Source: Scyliorhinus canicula (taxonomy: Eukaryota). Taken from it: 64,000 bases of DNA. Positions 37,942 through 49,831 of the stretch are shown here, piece by piece. The stretch's first letter is position 1. The number at the start of each line of letters is the position of its first letter. The position numbers and the translations under genes are program-made. The notes under the pieces are model-generated. The model searched no databases. It was given only the letters and a program-made list of their open reading frames with translations, and had not been told where the DNA came from. Location of the stretch: positions 148,567,772 to 148,631,771 of the forward strand of contig NC_052153.1 of assembly GCF_902713615.1 (NCBI RefSeq). The letters run 5' to 3'.

Positions 37942-38549
37942 CTGCAGACAAAAGGATGCATCAATTAACAATTTTGTTGGCGAGAACATGAGACTAATTG
38001 AAAATAATTTTTGATATGGCTGTTATCGTGCCATTGTATACAGCTATATTAAATTTGAAGAATAATTTTGGATGCTTCGCATGATCCTGCAGGCAACCTA
38101 AATAAAACCAAAAAATCCTGGAAAAACTCAGGTCTGGCAGCATCTGTGGAGAAAGAAACAGAGTTAACATTTGAGTCCGTATGACTTCAGAGCTCTTCAT
38201 CAAATAACAAAAATTCCAAGATGGTGACGGAGTGAGGCGACTTCTTGCAAGCTGTGCCCAGCATACGCTCTAATTCCCTATGTACGGTATGCATTGTCTC
38301 TATAGTATGCAAGAAACAATATTTTTCACTGTATACCAATACATGTGACAATAATAAATCAAATCAAAATCAGTAGCTTGATCAGTATTGATACAACACA
38401 TTTATATCACAGTGAGCGACACAAGATAGAACATATGACTTTGTAATAAAAAGTAACTTTGCTTAGGGCCAGCACGGTGGCGCAGTGATAAGCATTTCTG
38501 CCTCACGGCGCCGAGGTCCCAGGTTCAATCCCAGCCCCGGGTCACTGTC

Positions 38550-41500
38550 TTGGAACAAAGAACAATACAGCGCAGGAACAGGTCCTTCAGCCCTCCAAGC
38601 CTGCGCCGTTCACGTATCCCATCTACACCAACAGCCTGTATCCTTCTATACCCCGTCTGTTCATGTGCCTATCCAGATAAGTCTTAAAAGTCACAAACAT
38701 ATCTGCCTCAACCACCTCACTTGGCAGTGCATTCCAGGTCACCACCACCCTCTGTGTAAATAACTTCCCCTGCACATCTCCACTGAACCTTCCCCCCCCC
38801 CCCCCCCCCCTTCCTTACCTTGAACCTGTGCCCCCTTGTAATTGTCATTTCCGCCCTGAGGAAAAGCCTCCAACTGTTCACCCTATCTATACCCCTAATC
38901 ATTTTATAGACTTCTATCAGGTCGCTCCTCAGCCTCAGTCTCTCTAGGGAGAACAATCCCAGTTTATTCAATCTCTCCTCATAACTAATACTCTCCATAC
39001 CAGGCAACATCCTGGTAAACCTTTTCTGTACTCTCTCCAAAGCCTCCACGTCCTTCTGGTAGTGCAGTGGCCAGAATTGGACACAGTATTCCAAATGTGG
39101 CCTAACCAAAGTTCCATATAATTGTAACATCATTTTCGAGCTTTTATACTCAATACCCTGTCCTATGAAGGCAAGCATGGCATATGCTTTCTTCACCACC
39201 ATTTCCACCTGTGCTGCCACTTTTAAGGATCTGTGGACCTGCATGCCCAGATCTCTCCGTGTCTCCATGCTCCTGATGGTTCTGTCATTTATTTTATAGC
39301 ACCCACCTGAATTGGATCGACCAAAATACATCACCTCGCATTTGTCCTGGTTAAATTCCATCAGCCATTTCTCTGCCCAATTTTGCAGCCTATCTATATC
39401 CTGTTGAATTCTCTGACAATCTTCATCACTATCTGCAACTCCATCAATCTTAGTATCATCCGCAAACTTGCTAATCAGATCCGCTACGTTTTCTTCCAAG
39501 TAATTTATTTTTATTACAAACAGCAGAGGTCCTAGCACTTATCCCTGCGAAACACTACTAGTTACAGACCTCCATTCAGAAAAACACCCTCTGCTAACAC
39601 TGCTACCCTCTGCCTTCTATGGCCAAGTCAGTTCTGGATCCATCCAGCTAGTTTAGCCCTGACCACATGTGATCTAATCTTTTGCACCAGCCTGCCATGA
39701 GGGACCTTATCAAATGCTTTACTAAAGTCCATGTAGACAACATCCACAGCCCTTCCCTCGTCAATCATTTTTGGCACCTCCTCAAAAAATTCAATAAAAT
39801 TAGTGACACATTAACTCCCTCTTACAAAACCATGCTGTCTGTCACTAATAAGACCATTCACTTCCAAATGTGCATAGATCCTCTCTGAGAAATGTTTCCA
39901 ACAATTTCACTGTCACTAACGTCAAGCTCGTTGGCCTATAATTACCCAGATTATCCTTGCAACCCTTCCTAAATAACGGTACATCACTGGCTGTCCTCCA
40001 ATCCCCGTACCAGCCTTCCCGGACAGGCGCCGGAATGTGGCGACTAGGGGCTTTTCACAGTAACTTCATTGAAGCCTACTCGTGACAATAAGCGATTTTC
40101 ATTTTTCCTCTGGGATCTCACCTGTGGCCAATGAGGACACAAAGATTTCTGTCAGAGGCCCAGCGATTTTATCTCTCGTCTCCCTTAGTAATCTGGGATA
40201 GATGCCATCTGGCCCTGGGGATTTTTCTACCTTAATGCTTTTTAACACACCTAACACTTTCTCCCTCGCAATAACAACCTGTTCTAAAGTGTTTACACAT
40301 CCCTCTGAGACACCACTAATCAACCTGTGCCTCTCCTTTGTGAATACCAATGCAAAATACTCATTAAGGACCTCACCTACTTGCTCTGGTTATATACATA
40401 ACTTTCCTACTTTGTTCCTGAGTTGGCTAACTTTTTCTCTAGCTACCCTCTTGTTTCTAATATACGTATAAAATGCCTTGGGACTTTCTTTAATCCTGTC
40501 TGCCAAGGACATTTTGTGACTCCTTTTAGCCCTCCTAACTCCCTGCTTGTGCTCTTTTCTACTTTCCTTGTATTCCTCAAGTGCTTTATCTGTTTTCAGT
40601 TGCCTGTACCTCACATATGCATCTTTTTTCTTTTTGACAATATTCTCAATTTCCCTGGTCAGCCATGATTCCTGAATCCTGCCTTTCCCGTCCTTCCTCT
40701 TCCTTTTTACTGGCACATGCCTGTCTTGCACTCCCAACTGCTCCTTAAAAGACTCCCACATGCCAAATAATATAATAATAATCTTTTATTATTCCAAGTA
40801 GGAAGTTACTGTGAAAAGCCCCTAGTCACCACATTCCGGCATCTGTTCAGGTAAGCAAGAATGGGAATTGAACCCGCGCTGCTGGCCTTGTTCTCCATTA
40901 CAAACCAGCTGTCTAGCCCACTGAGCTGGATTTATCCTCAAATAACCTCTCCCAAACAACAGCCTCAAAATCCTGCCTAATCTGGTTGTAGTTAGACTTC
41001 CCCCAATTTAGCACCTTAACCCATAACACTGGTCCTTTTCCAATAGTATCCGAAAGCTTACAGAATTGTGGTCACTGTTCGCCACATGTTCTCCCACTAC
41101 AATGTTGTTGACCTGGCCGGGCTTGTTCCCTCGTACTAGGTCCAATATAGCCCCCTCTCTAGTCGGTCAGACTATCCACATATTGTTCCAAAAAAACCTT
41201 CTTGGACACACTTAACAAATTCCTCACCATCCAGACTCCTAGCCCCAAGGGATTTCCAGTCAATAAGGAAAATTAAAAATTCTCACTACAACAACCCTAT
41301 TATTTCTACATCTATCCAGAATTTGCTGACATATCTGTTCCTCAACTTACCCGTGGGCTGTTGGGAGGCCTGTAGTACACCTCCATCGTAGTGACTGTCC
41401 CTTTCCTGTTTCTGAGCTCTACTCACAGTGCCTCATTACTTGATTTTTCCATGGTGTCCTCTCTCTGTACAGCTGTAATATGTTCCCTAACCGGCATTGC

Positions 41501-41630
41501 AACTCACCCACCTCTTTTATCTTCCTTCCTGTCTCGCCTAAAACACCTGTATCCTGGAAAATTTAGCTGCCAGTCCTGTCCCTTTTTAACCAAATCTCTG
41601 TTACAGCAACAGCATCCAAGTTCCGTGTGA
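38550..41630 (-). mobile_element. CR1 LINE ORF2 relic (EN-RT), fragmented by nested SINEs
   Basis: LGPLLFVI, ISKFADDTK, LERVQKRFTRM, KSPGPDGIYPRLL, PKAFYTYI; 3' tail abuts a SINE head at about 38466-38550. Confidence 0.9.
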
Positions 41631-41739
41631 TTAGGTAATGCCTGAGAATGTGGTGCAGACAGATTAATCTGTGGCTTTCAAAGGGAAATTGGATAATTAC
41701 GGGAAGAGAAAATATTTGCAAGGCTGGCGGGTGAAAGCA

Positions 41740-42045
41740 GAACTAGGGGGCATAGCCTCAAAATAAGGGGAAGTAGATTTAGGACTGAGTTTAGGAGGAA
41801 CATCTTCACCCAAAGGGTTGTGAAACTATGGAATTCCTTGCCCAGTGAAGCAGTAGAGGTCCCTTCATTAAATGTTTTTAAGATAAAGATAGATAGTTTT
41901 TTGAAGAATAAAGGGATTAACGGTTATGGTGTTCAGGTCGGAAAGTGGAGCTGAGTCCACAAAAGATCAGCCATGATCTCATTGAATGGCGGAGCAGGCT
42001 CGAGGGGCCAGATGGCCTACTCCTGCTCCTAGTTCTTATGTTCTA
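41740..42045 (+). mobile_element. CR1 3' end fragment
   Basis: aggggccagatggcctactcctgctcctagttcttatgttct tail. Confidence 0.8.
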
Positions 42046-43829
42046 GGGGTAAATTCAGCGGATAGCACCAGCTGAGCTGAGCTGCCCTGGTAGGAGGTTG
42101 GGCAGAATGTCCTGCTCTAATGCTGTAACCCTTCTATGATTCTACGTGTTTGTCACTTTTCATCTTGGCTATTCCAATACTTGGCTGTTCTTTTGCAAAC
42201 CTCCCCATCACCATCCTCTTTAAACTTCAGCTCTTCCAAATATCCGTTCACTGTATCTTATCAGGCACCAAGTCCTAATTGCCCATCACCTCTAGCCTCC
42301 AAGTACACTTACGCTGGCTCAGATTCCTCAATGCTTCATGTTGAAGTCTCTTACTGGCCTAACTTCTCCTGAGCTCCGATTTCTTCTGCCGCTCTAAAAT
42401 GTCCCCGAAATCCTCCAACTCTCTGATTACTGACTTCTCTCCATCTCACTATCCTGTTCTACCAATGTTCGCTGAGTCTTCAGTTGCCTCATAGTTACAT
42501 TTTGGATTTCCTTCTATAAATCCTTCCACCTATCACTTTTCCTTTAAACCTGCCTTATCACCTGCTCTAATATCTCTTTATGAGGTTCGGTATCAGATTT
42601 TGTTTGATGACATTCCTGTGACATGTTCTGGAATATTTTACTAACTTCTCCTTATTTTTCTTTTTGAGTTATTTGCCCAAGGCCCATGGCAATTATTCAG
42701 AAGCCACAGAAAAATGCTGTGAATTTTTCTGATGGGTAGAATGAGGGGGCAGGCCCTGTGTCTAACTAAGTCCTTACTCCCCACCTTGCCCCCCAAAATG
42801 TTTCCTGTAACCTCACCAATAATCTCCTTAAGAATGCTGCTTCTGTGCTCACAACTCACTGTGTGGAGTTTGCACATTCTCCCCGTGGTTGCGTGGGTTT
42901 CGCCCCCACAATCCAAAAATGTGCAGGTTAGGTGGATTAGCCATGCTAAATTGCCCCTTAATTGGAAAAAATGAATTGGGTACTTTAAATTTTTTCTTTA
43001 AAGTAACTAGCTTAAAGTGGGAAAATGGCCTCCTTCTGCACGGAGGTGATTCTATAAATCTATCAATCATGGCATATGGGTTCTGAATGATATACTGTGG
43101 AAGTTATTTTTTTCCATAGAAACAGATTAAAAACTGCAACTCCAGTGATATATCGGACTCTCACACACACCATGTAGTAAAAAATCATCCAATGTAGCAG
43201 ACATTGCACTTGTAGCAATCAAGTTTCAGGGATATTTTCTACCCAGACTGAAGTGGAGTTCAGCATCAGGTTCAAGTAATTACAATTATTTTAGTGCGCA
43301 TTTAATTTCTGCATTCATTTTATACAGCTACACATTCAGCTGACAAAATGGCACATGAAAGCACTGAAAGATAAAAACTAAATGACGTGAACCATTTTAA
43401 TTCATTGTTTTTCTGTGGGTCTGTCATAACTGATTCAGCAAATCAGATGGTTAAGCTCTTCAATTGACCAATGATAAAAGTATCATACAAGGAACATAAC
43501 ATTTCACAGGATTTATGTCACAGAGGAGGTTAAACTTTTTTCTTGTGGTGAGAAACATCAGAAAATAAAGTCTGGAAAAGACGACAATAATTCTGGTTCG
43601 GCTGAAAAACTAATATACCCCTAAACACACATGCCTAACTCTATGCCTCCTGGGGCAGCTCATTCTGCACAACCCACCTCCTTCATATAGTTACATTTAA
43701 GTGTCTACACCGAGGCAGACTTGATTGGCAGAATAATCTACTTCTGCTCCGATGTCTTATGGTCATTCTAGAGTTTGCGGCAATTACAAATATATTAATA
43801 GGTTCAGTTTACTTATTCCCTTTGAATAT

Positions 43830-44800
43830 TCTCTTCTCCAAAAAATATTTATCTTCAACCTCCTGAGGCTACCGATGGCTTCAACAGCCATTTTTGCATT
43901 TCTGTCAGGGCCAAAATTTCTTTGGACACCTACACTTTATAAATCAATCCTGGGTTCTGTTTGTATGCATGCCCATTCCCAATATCTGTACTGTATTCCT
44001 TCAGCTACACAGCTCAGAATTTGGTTAGCATTCATTGCTGACTTCATATTGCTGATTAATATCTATTCAAGCTATTCACCAATAAATCCAAAATCGTTGC
44101 CCCTTTTCTTTTTGCATTTCTATTCTTCTGCAGCTCAGAGACATTTTAGTTATATTTGTACAAATTTCCCTTCCCCAGTTTTATGGTCTTTTATTTTCAA
44201 CCTATCCAGATCCTTTTATCTGTTACTTCATACAAGATGCAAGCTCTTGCTGTTTGAACCCCCGTTCCGAATTTAACAGTCTGTAAAAATTTGGTCAACT
44301 TTTTTTGTCCCCTGCTGCCAGATTTATGCAATCCATAGCACCCTGGCACAGATATTTCTGATAGTTCAAAAGAGAACAACTGCCTTGTCAATGCAGTTAT
44401 ATTCAATCATGCTTTGCTTTCTCTGGTTAAGCTAATATCAATCCACCACAGAAGATTTCATCCTATTTCTGCCTTGTTGACTGATAAAAGCCTTGTTGAA
44501 ATCTCAATACTTGACAAACATGGAATTTGTATCCCAAAAGATCCATTATTTCCTTCAGTAAACCTGTTTGGCAAGACGTCATTCCCAGAAGTCCATAATG
44601 ACTCCTGCTTACTATGTAATACTTAATTATCCCCCTTTCCAAGATGTCCTCCGATACTACACCCACTAATGATCTCACTTGTCTGGATATCCCTGGATTA
44701 TCCAATGCCCCAAAATGTTCTATTATTGGCTTTGTAATCTCTGGGCACTATTCCTTTTTTAATTGATTTTCCAACTGTTATAGGAAAACGGGTGTCCGAT
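43830..44800 (-). mobile_element. Old CR1 RT relic
   Basis: DNPG..R.V.SL...SHYG...SCQT...FQQGF resembles CR1 DNPGNYRPVSL...SQHGF...SCLT...DFQKAF. Confidence 0.55.
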
Positions 44801-45108
44801 TTTCCCAGCCATTTCTTTATGTAACTTTCTATGAAGTCCATTCACAACTACAGTTTAATTCTCTTCATTACATCAATCATGTCTCAATTTGGTGTTTTCT
44901 CATTCCAACAATATAAAATACAATACCAGATCTGTTTCACCCGAGTTATATGTATAAGCTGAGATGGATACAACACTTGAATATGTAGTCATTCGATGGA
45001 AACAAAGGGACAATGCATTGCAGTCATTAACCATCATATCACATTCCAGGCATGTACATAAACATCATAATTACTTCACAAGTTATTTCCAAACAGGTAA
45101 AAACTCAC

Positions 45109-45333
45109 CATTATATTCTGCGCCCAACCTTAGCATGAGCCGAATCGGAAACACCTTTGCCCAAGGTACTTCTAGTTTCTGAATGAGGATCCCAAATAAA
45201 AATGGGCTACTTGGAAGTAGTACATCTGCCAATGACTGGGCAGTGGGTACGATGAAGAGGAATCCACCATGATCTTTACTGCCCAGAAAATTTTCAGTGA
45301 AAGTTATATTTCCTAAATTTCCAACGGTTTTTC
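45109..45333 (-). CDS. ZFYVE16: ZFYVE16 coding exon
   Basis: (G)[26 protein letters not shown]...[28 protein letters not shown]; acag| acceptor, |gtgagt donor; 225 nt. Confidence 0.95.
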
Positions 45334-45815
45334 CTGTTTGACCAAAAATGAGCAAGCTTTGGTTTAAAGGGCTCAAAATAAGCAATATTTACAACTTATA
45401 CTTCTACTGCACCTGCTTTTTATAATAATTTATATAGCAAATGCAAAGTCCCGAAGCCAAGCAGTTTCTTCCGATCCTGTTCTGTGGCGTCTGCTGAGTC
45501 TAGTGGATTGGATACTTTTCTATCATGTGGTGCATAGTCTGCTCTCTCCCATAGGCACATCCAGCAGAGGGCAGCAGAGCAGAGCTACTGATCAGCTGTT
45601 CTGGGGAAATTTGCATACGTGCAGTGCGGTCAGCCTAATTAGAAGGTGTGCCTGCGAAGGAGACCCAAGGAGTTTGAGTGAAGGCAAGCATCCAGCAGAG
45701 GGCAGCAGAGCAGAGCTAATGATCAGCTGTTCTGGGGAAATTTGCATACGTGCAGTGCGGTCAGCCTAATTTGAAGGTGGTTTGTGGAGGGGCTGTTGTC
45801 ATGTGACAGTTTGAG

Positions 45816-46695
45816 GTGAGGGACACCATCGATGTCCCTGCTGATTTCATCTGTGGGAAGTGCACCCAACTCCAGCTCCTCAGAAACTGTGTTAGGGACC
45901 TGGAGCTTGAGCTGGATGAACTTCGGATCATTCAGGAGGCAGAGGGGGTCATAGATAGGAGCTTCAGGGAAGTAGTTACACCAAAGACTGATGGGTAACT
46001 GTAAGAGGGACTGGGAAGAAGCAGTCAGTGCAGGGACCCCCTGCGGTCGTTTCCCTGAGTAACAAGTATACCGTTTTGGATACTTGTTTGGGGGGGGGGG
46101 GGACTTACCAGGGGTAAGCCATGGGGTACGGGCCTCTGGCACGGAGTCTGTCCCTGTTGCTCAGAAGGGAAGGGGGGAAAGGAGTAGAACATTAGTAATT
46201 GGGGACTCAATAGTCAGGGGCACAGATAGGAGATATTGTGGGAGCGAGAGAGACTCACGTTTGGTATGTTGCCTCCCAGGTGCAAGGGTACGTGATGTCT
46301 CGGATCGTGTTTTCCGGGTCCTTAAGGGGGAGGGGGAGCAGCCCCAAGTCGTAGTCCACATTGGCACTAACGACATAGGTAGGAAAGGGGACAAGGATGT
46401 CAGGCAGGCCTTTAGGGAGCTAGGATGGAAGCTCAGAGCGAGAACAAACAGAGTTGTTATCTCTGGGTTGTTGCCCGTGCCACGTGATAGTGAGATGAGG
46501 AATAGGGAGAGAGAGCAATTAAACACGTGGCTACAGGGATGGTGCAGGCAGAAGGGATTCAGATTTCTGGATAACTGGGGCTCTTTCTGGGGAAGGTGGG
46601 ACCTCTATAGACAGGATGGTCTACATCTGAACCTGAGGGGCACCAATATCTTGGAGGGGAGATTTGTTAGTGCTCTTTGGGGGGGTTTAAACTAA
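45816..46695 (+). pseudogene. CR1 ORF1 (Zn-finger/coiled coil plus SGNH esterase), frameshifted
   Basis: FICGKC, LELELDEL; esterase blocks IGDSIVRG, HIGTND, DGLHLN; frame breaks near 45990 and the G-run at about 46090. Confidence 0.88.
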
Positions 46696-49574
46696 TTCAG
46701 CAGGGGCATGGGAACCTGGATTGTAGTTTTGGGGTACGGGAGATTGAGAGTATAGAGGTCAGGAGCACAGATTTGACTTCGCAGGAGGGTGCCAGTGTTC
46801 AGGTAGGTGGTTTGAAGTGTGTCTACTTCAATGCCAGGAGTATACAAAATAAGGTAGGGGAACTGGCAGCATGGGTTGGTACCTGGGACTTCGATGTTGT
46901 GGCCATTTCAGAGACATGGATAGAGCAGGGACAGGAATGGTTGTTGCAGGTTCCGGGGTTTAGGTGTTTTAGTAAGCTCAGAGAAGGGGGCAAAAGAGGG
47001 GGAGGTGTGGCGCTGCTAGTCAAGGACAGTATTACGGTGGCGGAAAGGATGCTAGATGGGGACTCTTCTTCCGAGGTAGTATGGGCTGAGGTTAGAAACA
47101 GGAAAGGAGAGGTCACCCTGTTGGGAGTTTTCTATAGGCCACCTAATAGTTCTAGGGATGTAGAGGAAAGGATGGCGAAGATGATTCTGGAAAAGAGCGC
47201 AAGTAACAGGATAGTTGTTATGGGAGACTTTAACTTTCCAAATATTGACTGGAAAAGATATAGTTCGAGTACATTAGATGAATCGTTCTTTGTACAATGT
47301 GTGCAGGAGGGTTTCCTGACACAATATGTTGACAGGCCAACAAGAGGCGAGGCCACATTGGATTTGGTTTTGGGTAATGAACCAGGCCAGGTGTTAGATC
47401 TGGAGGTAGGTGAGCACTTTGGAAACAGTGACCACAATTCGGTGACCTTTACGTTAGTGATGGAAAGGGATAAGTATACCCCGCAGGGAAAGAGTTATAG
47501 CTGGGGGAAGGGCAATTATGATGCCATTAGACATGACTTAGGATGTGTAGGTTGGAGAAGTAGGCTGCAAGGGTTGGGCACACTGGATATGTGGAGCTTG
47601 TTCAAGGAACAGCTATTGCATGTTCTTGATAAGTACGTACCAGTCAGGCAGGGAGGAAGGGGTCGAGCGAGGGAACCGTGGTTTACCAAAGAAGTGGAAT
47701 CTCTTGTTAAGAGGAAGAAGGAGGCCTATGTGAAGATGAGGCGTGAAGTTTCAGTTGGGGCGCTTGATAGTTACAAGGAAGCGAGGAAGGATCTAAAGAG
47801 AGAGCTAAGACGAGCAAGGAGGGGACATGAGAAGTCTTTGGCAGGTAGGATCAAGGAAAACCCAAAAGCTTTCTATAGGTATGTCAGGAATAAAAGAATG
47901 ACTAGGGTAAGAGTAGGGCCAGTCAAGGACAGTGGTGGGAAGTTGTGTGTGGAGGCTGAGGAGATAAGCGAGATACTAAATGAATACTTTTTGTCAGTAT
48001 TCACTCAGGAAAAAGATAATATTGTGGAGGAGAATGCGGAGACCCAGGCTATTAGAATAGATGGCATCGAGGTGCGTAGGGAAGAAGTGTTGGCAATTCT
48101 GGACAAGGTGAAAATAGATAAGTCCCCGGGGCCTGATGGGATTTATCCTAGGATTCTCTGGGAAGCCAGGGAAGAGATTGCTGAGCCTTTGGCGTTGATT
48201 TTTATGTCATCATTGGCTACAGGAATAGTGCCAGAGGACTGGAGGATAGCAAATGTGGTCCCTTTCTTCAAGAAGGGGAGTAGAGATAACCCCGGTAACT
48301 ATAGGCCGGTGAGCCTCACGTCTGTTGTGGGTAAATTCTTGGAGAGGATTATAAGAGATACGATTTATAATCATCTAGATAGGAATAATATGATTAGGGA
48401 TAGTCAGCATGGTTTTGTGAAGGGTAGGTCATGCCTCACAAACCTTATCGAGTTCTTTGAGAAGGTGACTGAACAGGTAGACGAGGGTAGAGCAGTTGAT
48501 GTGGTGCATATGGATTTCAGTAAAGCATTTGATAAGGTTCCCCACGGTCGTATATTGCAGAAAATACAGAGGCTGGGGATTGAGGGTGATTTAGAGATGT
48601 GGATCAGAAATTGGCTAGTTGAAAGAAGACAGAGGGTGGTGGTTGATGGCAAATGTTCAGAATGGAGTTCAGTTACGAGTGGCATACCACAAAGATCTGT
48701 TCTGGGGCCGTTGCTGTTTGTCATTTTTATAAATGACCTAGAGGGCACAGAAGGTTGGGTGAGTAAATTTGCAGACGACACTAAAGTCGGTGGAGTTGTA
48801 GACAGTGTGGAAGGATGTTGCAGGTTACAGAGGGACATAGATAAGCTGCAGAGCTGGGCTGAGAGGTGGCAAATGGAGTTTAATGTAGAGAAGTGTGAGG
48901 TGATTCACTTTGGAAAGAATAACAGGAATGCGGAATATTTGGCTAATGGTAAAATTCTTAGCAGTGTGGATGAGCAGAGGGATCTCGGTGTTCATGTACA
49001 TAGATCCCTGAAAGTTGCCACCCAGGTTGATAGGGTTGTGAAGAAGGCCTATGGTGTGTTGGCCTTTATTGGTAGCGGGATTGAGTTCCGGAGCCATGAG
49101 GTCATGTTGCAGCTGTACAAAACTCTGGTACGGCCGCATTTGGAGTATTGCGTACAGTTCTGGTCGCCTCATTATAGGAAGGACGTGGAAGCTTTGGAAC
49201 GGGTGCAGAGGAGATTTACCAGGATGTTGCCTGGTATGGAGGGAAAATCTTATGAGGAAAGGCTGATGGACTTGAGGTTGTTTTCGTTAGAGAGAAGGTT
49301 AAGAGGTGACTTAATAGAGGCATGCAAAATGATCAGAGGGTTAGATAGGGTGGACAGTGAGAGCCTTCTCCCGCGGATGGAGGTGGCTAGCACGAGGGGA
49401 CATAGCCTTAAATTGAGGGGTATTAGATATAGGACAGACGTCAGAGGTAGGTTTTTTACGCAAAGAGTGGTGAGGCCGTGGAATGCCCTACCTGCAACAG
49501 TAGTGAACTCGCCAACATTGAGGGCATTTAAAAGTTTATTGGATAAGCATATGGATGATAATGGCATAGTGTAG
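46677..49574 (+). CDS. CR1 ORF2: APE endonuclease plus reverse transcriptase (open, with substitutions in conserved motifs)
   Basis: FNARS, SETW, YRPP, GDFN, SDH; KSPGPDG, NYRPVSLTS, DFSKAFD, PQRSVLGP (PQGS in the neighbouring copy), FADD. Confidence 0.92.
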   Translation: MGGFKLIQQGHGNLDCSFGVREIESIEVRSTDLTSQEGASVQVGGLKCVYFNARSIQNKVGELAAWVGTWDFDVVAISETWIEQGQEWLLQVPGFRCFSKLREGGKRGGGVALLVKDSITVAERMLDGDSSSEVVWAEVRNRKGEVTLLGVFYRPPNSSRDVEERMAKMILEKSASNRIVVMGDFNFPNIDWKRYSSSTLDESFFVQCVQEGFLTQYVDRPTRGEATLDLVLGNEPGQVLDLEVGEHFGNSDHNSVTFTLVMERDKYTPQGKSYSWGKGNYDAIRHDLGCVGWRSRLQGLGTLDMWSLFKEQLLHVLDKYVPVRQGGRGRAREPWFTKEVESLVKRKKEAYVKMRREVSVGALDSYKEARKDLKRELRRARRGHEKSLAGRIKENPKAFYRYVRNKRMTRVRVGPVKDSGGKLCVEAEEISEILNEYFLSVFTQEKDNIVEENAETQAIRIDGIEVRREEVLAILDKVKIDKSPGPDGIYPRILWEAREEIAEPLALIFMSSLATGIVPEDWRIANVVPFFKKGSRDNPGNYRPVSLTSVVGKFLERIIRDTIYNHLDRNNMIRDSQHGFVKGRSCLTNLIEFFEKVTEQVDEGRAVDVVHMDFSKAFDKVPHGRILQKIQRLGIEGDLEMWIRNWLVERRQRVVVDGKCSEWSSVTSGIPQRSVLGPLLFVIFINDLEGTEGWVSKFADDTKVGGVVDSVEGCCRLQRDIDKLQSWAERWQMEFNVEKCEVIHFGKNNRNAEYLANGKILSSVDEQRDLGVHVHRSLKVATQVDRVVKKAYGVLAFIGSGIEFRSHEVMLQLYKTLVRPHLEYCVQFWSPHYRKDVEALERVQRRFTRMLPGMEGKSYEERLMDLRLFSLERRLRGDLIEACKMIRGLDRVDSESLLPRMEVASTRGHSLKLRGIRYRTDVRGRFFTQRVVRPWNALPATVVNSPTLRAFKSLLDKHMDDNGIV

Positions 49575-49831
49575 GTGAGATGGCCTTTAGTTTTTGACTT
49601 CCCATGTCGGTGCAACATCGTGGGCCGAAGGGCCTGTACTGCGCTGTATCGTTCTATGTTCTATGTTCATAGAGAGTTGACACTAATGCTCCATCCATGG
49701 AGGTTGGCCAAGCAGAACTAAAGGATGGACCACTCTTGGAAGATTAAAAACAGGCAGCTGTTGAGTTGCGTTTGAGATCAGGCACTTGTTTGTCATGTTC
49801 AATGATGCCCATTCATTTGTCCAGGTGGAAT

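Larger units (their letters stand above)
45554..49668 (+). mobile_element. Near-full-length young CR1 LINE (HER1-like)
   Basis: Tandem 5' monomers, ORF1 with Zn finger and SGNH esterase, open 965-codon ORF2, (TTCTATG)n tail. Confidence 0.95.
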
